This document shows positions 44,234 to 51,731 of a stretch of 64,000 bases of DNA, piece by piece. A program made the translations under genes and the position numbers. Below the pieces are notes generated by a model, which searched no databases, was not told where the DNA came from, and saw nothing but the letters and a program-made list of their open reading frames with translations. The stretch comes from an uncultured delta proteobacterium (GTDB lineage Bacteria; Desulfobacterota; Desulfuromonadia; Desulfuromonadales; CAWANI01). Each line of letters begins with the position of its first letter. The stretch's first letter is position 1. The DNA is taken from the NCBI GenBank assembly GCA_963783365.1, contig CAWANI010000009.1, positions 418,406 to 482,405 of the forward strand, in the 5' to 3' direction.

Positions 44234-44452
44234 TGGTGAACGGCGGGCACCGCGATTGCCGATCCCAATTGCGGCGGAATCTATCGCTTCATCGGCAAGT
44301 CCCGGGTTGAAGGCGAAGGTAATGGTGATGCTGAAGCCTGTCTGACCCGCATCCGCACCGTCCGGGATCTCGACCTCTGGGAGGATGAGACTGCGTCGCT
44401 CTTCCTGGACCATATCATCGCTCTTCATGCGAAAAAGGATATTCCCACGTGA
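44233..44452 (+). CDS. Small hypothetical protein (~72 aa), frameshifted near its start as sequenced
   Basis: ATG 44233 overlaps the upstream stop (TGATG). After dropping one G of GGG 44245-44247 the frame is open to TGA 44450-44452, which overlaps the next GTG start (GTGA). The aligned antisense frame is open, as is usual opposite real coding DNA. No homology recognised. Confidence 0.45.
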
Positions 44453-45793
44453 GTCAGGATTCTCTTCTAATAACGAGTGAGGCCGACGCGGAGGCAGCTA
44501 TCGGGGTTTTGTTTGTCGATGACGAGAAGAACATTCTCTCATCGATAAAACGACTCATGATAGACGAATCGTTTTCGATTTTCACCGCCGAGTCGGGCGA
44601 AGAAGGTCTGGAAATCCTGGCCTCGGAAGCCGACATCGGGCTGATCGTTTCCGATCAGCGGATGCCGGGGATGAGCGGCACGGTCTTTCTGGAAAAAGCC
44701 CGGGCCGCAGCACCGGACGCACTTCGCATCCTGCTCACCGGCTACGCCGACATCACGGCGACGATCGATGCCATCAACAAGGGGGGCGCCTATCGCTATA
44801 TCACCAAACCCTGGGTGGATGGCGAACTGCTGCAGACGGTCCGGGAGGGGGTGAAGACCTATCGGCTCACCCGCGAAAACCGGCGTCTGACGGCGATCGT
44901 TCAGAAGCAGAATGAGGAGCTCAAGGACTGGAATGCACAGCTTAAGTCCCGGGTCTTGCAGCAGACGGCTCGGATCAGGACGCAAAACGAGGATCTGTTC
45001 GCCCAAAACAGCCGCCTTCAAAGAAGCTATCGCGACACCATTGCGGCCATGTCCGGCCTGATCGAACTGCGCTCCAAGCAGCTGCGGAATCACAGTCGCA
45101 ACGTGGCGGCGCTCTCCGTTGCCGTGGCCGCCGCCATGGGGCTGGCCCGGGAAGAGGTCGAGCGGATTCAAGTCGCCTCCCTGCTTCACGACATCGGTAA
45201 AATTGGTACTCCCGATAGCCTTTCTCGCAAAAATGTTTCTGAACTGAGCCAGGAGGAGCGCGAAGAATACCTGCAGCATGCGGTGCGCGGCCAGATGGCC
45301 CTCGATGCCGTCGAGGAGCTGCGCCCGGCAGGAATTCTGATTCGGCACCACCACGAGCATTTCGACGGCAGCGGGTATCCCGACGGCTGCCGCGGGGAGG
45401 AGATCCCCCTGGGGGCGCGGATTATCGCCATCGCCGACTTTGTCGATCGGACCATCCAGACGATCTACGACGTCCAGGCCGTCTGTAAAACTCTGGGGGA
45501 ATTGGAGCAGAGCCTGGGGACCCTGTTCGATCCCCAACTTTTTCCGCACTTCGACACCTCTGTCAGGACGATCTACCGGCGGGATGCCACCGATGCCGAC
45601 CTCGTGGAGAAAATCGTAACACCGGATCAGCTTCGAGGAGGGGATGATCCTTGCGTCGGACCTTTTCAGCGGAACGGGACTTCTGCTCCTGGGCCGGGGG
45701 GAACGGCTGACCGGAAAGCGGATCGAGGCGATTCTGCGGCATCAGAAGCTCGATCCGGTCACGGGGTCGATTTCCGTGTTGGTAAAGGACTGA
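44449..45793 (+). CDS. Response regulator with HD-GYP c-di-GMP phosphodiesterase domain; C-terminal ~50 codons off-frame as sequenced
   Basis: REC (FVDDEKN, LIVSDQRMPGMSG, KPW). HD-GYP (HDIGKIG, HHEHFDGSGYPDG). Removing one G near 45636-45643 gives ...DQLREGMILASDLFSGTGLLLLGRGERLTGKRIEAILRHQKL...VLVKD with TGA at 45791-45793. Confidence 0.88.
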
Positions 45794-45796
45794 ACC

Positions 45797-46483
45797 GTGA
45801 TTGAATTCGACGAACAGGAACAGAAGATGGTTCTGAAGCTGGTCTATTACGGGCCGGCCCTGTCGGGGAAAACCACCAACCTGCTGCAGCTCCATGAACA
45901 GTTGCTGCAGGAGGGCCGGGGGGAGCTCATGGTCCTTGACACCAAGAACGACCGGACCATCTACTTCGACCTGCTTCCTTTCTTTCTGCGGGCCCCCAGC
46001 GGGCTGCGGATCAAGGTTAAGGTCTTTACCGTTCCCGGCCAGGTAAGGCACGACGCCACCCGCAAGGCGGTCCTTCAGCGGGCCGACGGGGTGGCCTTTA
46101 TCGCCGATTCTCAGCTTTCGGAGGCGGGAACCAATTTCAACAGCTTCGAAAACCTGGAGCAGAACCTCGCCTTCGTCGGGCTGGCCATCGATCGAATTCC
46201 TTTGGTTGTGCAGTTCAACAAGCGGGATCTGGACGCCATTGTTTCCGAAGAAGAGATTCGGCGGGTTTGGGGCCCCACCGGCATCCCGGTGTTGATGAGC
46301 ACCGCCCTGCAGGGCTGGGGCGTGGCCGAGACCTTCGCCCGGCTCGCCGCCATGACTTACGATCGCATCGACGCCCGCCATGGTCTGGAGAAAAACCACG
46401 GCCTGGACCGGGAGACGTTCCTGACTCAGCTTATCCGGCCCAGGGCGGGCGGGCCTCTGGAGGTTCCGGGGGCGAGGCCTTAG
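45797..46483 (+). CDS. MglA-family Ras-like small GTPase
   Basis: GTG start 3 nt after the corrected HD-GYP stop. KLVYYGPALSGKTTNL (P-loop), DRTIYFDLLP (switch I Arg-Thr), FTVPGQV (switch II), QFNKRDL (G4). Reads co-linear with MglA as I remember it. Confidence 0.85.
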   Translation: MIEFDEQEQKMVLKLVYYGPALSGKTTNLLQLHEQLLQEGRGELMVLDTKNDRTIYFDLLPFFLRAPSGLRIKVKVFTVPGQVRHDATRKAVLQRADGVAFIADSQLSEAGTNFNSFENLEQNLAFVGLAIDRIPLVVQFNKRDLDAIVSEEEIRRVWGPTGIPVLMSTALQGWGVAETFARLAAMTYDRIDARHGLEKNHGLDRETFLTQLIRPRAGGPLEVPGARP

Positions 46484-46573
46484 GTGGAAGGCTCCCAATC
46501 ATGAATAATTGATCGCCGATTGGCGGACACACGTTGCTCGTCACTGATCACTGCCTTAGCATCCGAGGAAAAG

Positions 46574-47869
46574 ATGACCCCGGGAGAAACTATCGAATTT
46601 GTCGTCGGCGAGGAAAAGCGCCTCCGCGATGTTCTGCGCGAAGCCGATGTTGCGCCGCTGCTGACCAGTGCGGTCAAGTCCGGCATCGCTCGGATCGCGA
46701 TTCACGACGAGAACGAAGCGGTGCTCTTCGCCTTCGATGGCAGCCGGCCGCATCATCCAGTAGATTCCTGGGACGAATCCCGACCCCTCCTTCTCGAAGG
46801 CGAACCGGTCGGCGCCATCCGTTTTCGGCGCGGCGCGGTCAACGCCGTCGGTTGCCGAATTCTGGCCGGCCTGGTGGCCGACGCCGTCAACAGCATGCTC
46901 GCCGCCAATCTGAAACGGATGCTGACCACCGAGATCCATACCAAGGTCGTCAACCAGTCCTACGAAGAGTTGCTGGAGAGTAACCGACGGCTGGCCGAGT
47001 CGGAAAAGAGATACCGAGACCTGGCGGAAAGCCTCGAAATCCGAGTGCGGGAGCGGACCGAGGAACTGCAGCGGGCTACCACACAGATGATTCAGCAGGA
47101 AAAGATGGCCTCCATCGGCCAGCTGGCCGCCGGGGTGGCCCATGAGATCAACAATCCCCTTGGCTTCATTCTCAGCAATCTGAACACCCTGGAGAAATAC
47201 GTCGGTCGGTTTGCCGCCATGCTGGCCTTCTACCGGGAAGCAGGCGGAGCGGCCGAGGCGGGTGAGAGAAAATGGCGCGAGCTGAAGCTCGATTATCTGC
47301 TCCAGGACGTCCCCGACCTGATCGCCCAGAGCATCACCGGGGCCGAGCGGGTCAAAAAGATCGTGGCCGATCTGCGGGGCTTTTCCCACGTCGACGACCT
47401 GGGCGAGGGGCCGATGGACCTCAATCAGGAGATCGAGAGGACCCTCGGCGTCCTCGTTCACGAGATTCCGCCCGGAGCGCGGATCGAGCGGAAATTCGGC
47501 CCGCTGCCGGCCATGGTCGGCCACGGCGGCCTGCTTTGCCAGGTTTTTTTGAATATCGTCCGCAACGCCTTTCAGGCCCGACCCGAAGGCCTGGAGCTGG
47601 AGATCGCCACCGAGTGCCGCGGGGATGCCGTACAGTTGCTTTTCGCTGACAACGGCCCCGGAGTTCAGGAGGAAATCAAGAACCGGATCTTCGAGCCCTT
47701 CTTCACCACCCGCCAGGTCGGCCGGGGAATGGGAATGGGGCTGACGGTGGTTCACGATGTCGTCACCGGCTTCGGCGGGACGGTGCAGGTGGAGGACAGG
47801 CCGGGGGGCGGGGCCGTCTTTGTCATTCAATTGCCGATGGGAGGGATATCGGATGGCCAAGTACGCTGA
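46574..47869 (+). CDS. Histidine kinase with an unassigned ~130-aa N-terminal region
   Basis: H-box [28 protein letters not shown] 46574 sits behind GAGGAAAAG; the ORF track starts at TTG 46520. No TM helix seen. Confidence 0.85.
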   Translation: MTPGETIEFVVGEEKRLRDVLREADVAPLLTSAVKSGIARIAIHDENEAVLFAFDGSRPHHPVDSWDESRPLLLEGEPVGAIRFRRGAVNAVGCRILAGLVADAVNSMLAANLKRMLTTEIHTKVVNQSYEELLESNRRLAESEKRYRDLAESLEIRVRERTEELQRATTQMIQQEKMASIGQLAAGVAHEINNPLGFILSNLNTLEKYVGRFAAMLAFYREAGGAAEAGERKWRELKLDYLLQDVPDLIAQSITGAERVKKIVADLRGFSHVDDLGEGPMDLNQEIERTLGVLVHEIPPGARIERKFGPLPAMVGHGGLLCQVFLNIVRNAFQARPEGLELEIATECRGDAVQLLFADNGPGVQEEIKNRIFEPFFTTRQVGRGMGMGLTVVHDVVTGFGGTVQVEDRPGGGAVFVIQLPMGGISDGQVR

Positions 47870-50282
47870 ATTGTTTCGCTCTCTGGCGGGCGAGCAAGCG
47901 GCGCCGGCCCGGGAAACGCCGCCGGAGGCGACCGATGAGCAGACCGACTTCACACTGCTTTTCGTCGACGATGAGCCGGGAGTGCTGCGGTCGCTGAGGC
48001 GGATCTTTCTCGATGAAAATTACCGCATTCTGACCGCCCCCGCCGGCGCCGACGCCCTCGAACTGATGGCGACGCAGAAGGTTCACCTCGTTATCTCCGA
48101 CCATCGCATGCCGGGGATGACTGGTGCCCAGCTCCTCAAGGAGATCAAGGAACGCTGGCCCGCGACGATCCGCATCATGCTCACCGGCTACGCCGATGTT
48201 CAGTCGATCATGGGGGCGGTCAACGAGGGGGCGGTCTACAAGTTCATCACCAAGCCCTGGAACGACGAGGACCTGCGCCTGACGGTGAGCCTGGCGCTGC
48301 AGCAATACGTGCTGTTGCAGGAGAACAAGAAACTCAAGGAGGTCACCCGCAAGCAGCAGGAGAAGATCAAGAACTTTTCCACCCTGATCGGGGACAACAA
48401 CGGCGTGCTGGGGAACCTTTTGGCCAATGCCGGCGTGGTGCAGAAGGCTGACTTCCATCGGGCGCTGCGGGAGCGGCAGGGAGGGGAGTTCGTCACCGAA
48501 ACCCTCGGTCGGCTCGGGCTCGTCAGCGAATCGAAGATCGTCAAGGTGCTCCAGGACAAGCTGCGCCTCGAATACGTCGACCTCAAGGAAGTACGCCTGT
48601 CCGGCGAGACGGTTCGCCTGCTGCCCCGCGAGCTGTGCGAGAAAAACCGGATGATTCCGATCAAGGTCGAAGGCCGCAACCTGACCCTCGCCATGGCCGA
48701 CCCCTCTGATATCTACAAATGCGACAACCTGGCCATGATGACGGGGTTCAAGATTCTGCCGGTGATTGCCCGAAGCACTGACATCCTGGGTCAGCTGCAG
48801 TCGGTCCATGGCTTCGAGGCCGGTGGCGGTGACATGGATTTCGACGAGATTCCCGACCTTGAGCCGATCGACGAGGTCGATATCGTCATCGAAGAGGATG
48901 AGAACGAGATCAACGTCCAGGAGTTGATCAACTCTTCGGAAGTTCCACCCATCATCCGGATCGTCAACTCCATCATCTCCGAGGCGATCCGCTACCGGGC
49001 AAGCGACATTCACATCGAACCGAAGACGAAGTTCACCGTGGTGCGCTTGCGCATCGACGGCATCCTGCACGACAAGATCCGCGTTCCCGCGGAACTGCAC
49101 CCCGCCGTCATCTCCCGGATCAAGATCCTGGCCAAGCTCGATATTTCCGAACGGCGCAAGCCCCAGGACGGCCGTATTACCGTGAAATCCGGCACCCGGA
49201 TGGTCGATCTGCGGGTCTCGACCATGCCCTCCATCAACGGGGAGAAGGTGGTTCTGCGCATTCTCGACAAGAGCGCGGCGATCAAGAAGCTCGACGAGCT
49301 GGGGCTGCTCAAAGAGGATCTGAAGAGCCTCCGCAGCGTGATCAAGAAGCCTCAGGGAATGATCATCGCCACCGGTCCCACGGGGAGCGGCAAAACCACC
49401 ATGCTCTACTCGGTGCTTGGCGAGATGCTCGAGCGCTCAAAGAACTTCGAGACGATCGAGGACCCGGTGGAGTATTTCCTCGAGGAGGCCAACCAGGTCT
49501 ACGTCCGGGAGAAGATCGGCCTCACCTTCGCCTCCGTCCTGCGGGCAACCCTGCGCCAGGATCCCGATGCCATCCTGGTCGGGGAGATCCGCGACCGGGA
49601 TACCGCCGACGTGGCCTTCAAGGCGGCTCTCACCGGGCACATGGTGCTCACCACCCTGCACACCAACAGCTCGGTGGCCTCCATCACCCGCCTGATCGAC
49701 ATCGGCATCCAGCCCTATCTGATCGCCTCCGCCCTCGAAGGGGTTGTCGCTCAGCGGCTGGTGCGGCGGTGCTGTAAGTACTGCAAGGTGGAGGAAGTCC
49801 CCGATCCGGAGCTGATGCAGCTCCTGCGCGTTTCTCCGGATCTTGTCGGGCCGTCGGCCTTTCGCGGCGCCGGCTGCCCCCGCTGCAACAATACCGGCTA
49901 TCTCGGGCGCACCGGCATCTACGAGCTGTTCGTCATGAATGAGGATTTCCGCCACCTGATCTCCGAGAACTACCGGGAGTCGGAGCTGCTCGGGCTGGCC
50001 CGCGGCAACGGGATGAAAACCTTGATCGAAGACGGCCTGGCCAAGGTCCGTCAGGGAGAGACGACCCTCGCCGAGCTGCTGCGGGTGCTGGGCCCCCAGA
50101 TCCGGCACGAGCGGGTCTGCAAGAGCTGCCGCAGAACTATCGATGCCAAGTTCCTCTTTTGTCCCTACTGCGGAGCATTCAAGCAGAACGTCTGCGTCAA
50201 ATGCAAACTGCCGATGGAGGAGGACTGGAGCCTCTGCGCGTTCTGCGGGCATCCTCGGTCCTCCATTGAATGTTGTTCCTGA
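47853..50282 (+). CDS. Receiver-fused PilB/GspE-type (T2SSE) ATPase with a C-terminal double zinc ribbon
   Basis: ATG 47853 behind GGGAGGG. REC (FVDDEPG, VISDHRMPGMTG, KPW). T2SSE_N-like segment. Walker A GPTGSGKTT, Walker B DAILVGEIRD, His box GHMVLTTLHTN, CKYC...CPRC. Tail contains CKSC, CPYC, CVKC and CAFC. Confidence 0.9.
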   Translation: MAKYAELFRSLAGEQAAPARETPPEATDEQTDFTLLFVDDEPGVLRSLRRIFLDENYRILTAPAGADALELMATQKVHLVISDHRMPGMTGAQLLKEIKERWPATIRIMLTGYADVQSIMGAVNEGAVYKFITKPWNDEDLRLTVSLALQQYVLLQENKKLKEVTRKQQEKIKNFSTLIGDNNGVLGNLLANAGVVQKADFHRALRERQGGEFVTETLGRLGLVSESKIVKVLQDKLRLEYVDLKEVRLSGETVRLLPRELCEKNRMIPIKVEGRNLTLAMADPSDIYKCDNLAMMTGFKILPVIARSTDILGQLQSVHGFEAGGGDMDFDEIPDLEPIDEVDIVIEEDENEINVQELINSSEVPPIIRIVNSIISEAIRYRASDIHIEPKTKFTVVRLRIDGILHDKIRVPAELHPAVISRIKILAKLDISERRKPQDGRITVKSGTRMVDLRVSTMPSINGEKVVLRILDKSAAIKKLDELGLLKEDLKSLRSVIKKPQGMIIATGPTGSGKTTMLYSVLGEMLERSKNFETIEDPVEYFLEEANQVYVREKIGLTFASVLRATLRQDPDAILVGEIRDRDTADVAFKAALTGHMVLTTLHTNSSVASITRLIDIGIQPYLIASALEGVVAQRLVRRCCKYCKVEEVPDPELMQLLRVSPDLVGPSAFRGAGCPRCNNTGYLGRTGIYELFVMNEDFRHLISENYRESELLGLARGNGMKTLIEDGLAKVRQGETTLAELLRVLGPQIRHERVCKSCRRTIDAKFLFCPYCGAFKQNVCVKCKLPMEEDWSLCAFCGHPRSSIECCS

Positions 50283-50345
50283 CGCCCCGGCACCCCTTAC
50301 GAATTCCACCTTCCGGCCAGGCGGCGCGAAGAAAGGCGAAAGCGG

Positions 50346-50900
50346 ATGAAAAATGCCATTTTGATCGTGGACGATGAGGAGCAGGTTATCCATGCCCTAC
50401 GGCGGTCGCTGGCCGACGAAGACCTTGAGATTTTCTCAGCCGGCAGCGGGGAGGAGGCCCTGGAGCTGATCGCCTCGCGGTCCTTCAAGGCCATCGTGTG
50501 CGACGAGCGGATGCCGCGGATGTCCGGGGCCGAGCTCCTCTCCCTGCTTCGGTCCCGGCACCCGGAAACAGTGCGCATCCTGTTGACCGGCCACGCCACC
50601 CCCGAGGCCGCCATGAAGGCGGTGAACCAGGGGGAAATCTACCGGTTTTTCGCCAAGCCGTGGAACGACTTCGACCTGAAACTCGCCATCCGCTCGGCGA
50701 TCGAAAAATACGACCTCGAGATGAAAAACCGCAAACTGCTGGCCCTGGTCCGCCACCAGGCCCGAACCCTGGAGCATCTGGAAAGCGCCTACCCCGGGCT
50801 CACCCGGACCGGACAGGGCGCGGATGGCAGCTTCTTTATTCCGGAGCTCTCCGACGAGGAGGTGACCCTGATCCTGCGGGAATGCCAGGTGGCTCGGTGA
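50346..50900 (+). CDS. Stand-alone response regulator receiver protein with a short C-terminal extension
   Basis: IVDDEEQ, IVCDERMPRMSG, LTGHAT, FAKPWNDFDL. Confidence 0.88.
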   Translation: MKNAILIVDDEEQVIHALRRSLADEDLEIFSAGSGEEALELIASRSFKAIVCDERMPRMSGAELLSLLRSRHPETVRILLTGHATPEAAMKAVNQGEIYRFFAKPWNDFDLKLAIRSAIEKYDLEMKNRKLLALVRHQARTLEHLESAYPGLTRTGQGADGSFFIPELSDEEVTLILRECQVAR

Positions 50901-50969
50901 AGGAATGATCCGTGGAGACTTTGACCGTTTTCGGGAAAGCAGCGTAGCGTCCAGAGACCTTTGCCCGGC

Positions 50970-51572
50970 TCATTTGGGGGCGGGATAGTAATAGTCCAGA
51001 CAGATCGGGCAAAGCCCGTGGCTGATGTTGTGAGGGGGAGATGCCACGAAGGCGGGGATCCAGTCCCACCGGTTCGCCGTCACGAGGTTTCGAATTCTTC
51101 GGCAACAGGCGCATTGGTGAATGATGCCGTCGCGGTCGATGTAATCGTCGGGCGTTCCTTCCTCGGGTGGTTCCTCCACCGGCCGTTCGACCAGCAGGCT
51201 GTTGACCACCAGAAACCCTTCCGATTTTCCGAGCGGATAAACGATCTGGTGCATCAATCGATAGAGTTCCGGCGACGAACAGTCATATGTGTGCTTCCAG
51301 GGGTGCCCGGCTTTGAGGCATGCGGCAAAGCCCTCCGTGAAGAATCCGAGGAGCACATCGGGAATGGCGCTCAGAAGGGAGCTTCCCAACCGCCAATTCC
51401 GGGAAATCCGCGGTTCCCCCCCGTTCTCCCGAGAAAAGCGGAACCAGCCGTCATTGAAATAAGAAAAGGTCAGATCGGGCCAGAGGCCGAAGTTCGTATG
51501 TTCGATATTGTTCAACGCCTCCGGATCGAACCCCGCCAGGATTTTTTGAAATTCAGGATCCATCACGGGCAT
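50970..51572 (-). CDS. Hypothetical protein with a C-terminal Cys/His-rich motif
   Basis: ORF 50970..51602. Likely start at ATG 51572 (MPVMDPEF). C-terminus HQCACCRR...W.W...ISHGLCPICLDYYY. No family recognised. Confidence 0.55.
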   Translation of the reverse strand: MPVMDPEFQKILAGFDPEALNNIEHTNFGLWPDLTFSYFNDGWFRFSRENGGEPRISRNWRLGSSLLSAIPDVLLGFFTEGFAACLKAGHPWKHTYDCSSPELYRLMHQIVYPLGKSEGFLVVNSLLVERPVEEPPEEGTPDDYIDRDGIIHQCACCRRIRNLVTANRWDWIPAFVASPPHNISHGLCPICLDYYYPAPK

Positions 51573-51731
51573 AACAGACTCCGCATGGCAAGATGTTATC
51601 AAGAATCTTACCTCAGAATGGCGCCACCGGTAAAAAAATCTCCCGCCGCAAACCCTCCCGAATCAAAAAGTGAGTTTTTTTGAATTGAGCCCACGATGGT
51701 CCTGCCGAAGGCGTCTGTCGGCTCACCGCCC

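Noticed and set aside
44231-44239. In-frame TGA-TGG-TGA read as two selenocysteine codons or programmed read-through.
   Set aside because: I see no SECIS-like hairpin immediately downstream, and two Sec codons separated by Trp would be unprecedented. A one-base indel after an overlapping ATG (TGATG) explains the data more simply, and similar indels occur elsewhere in the window.
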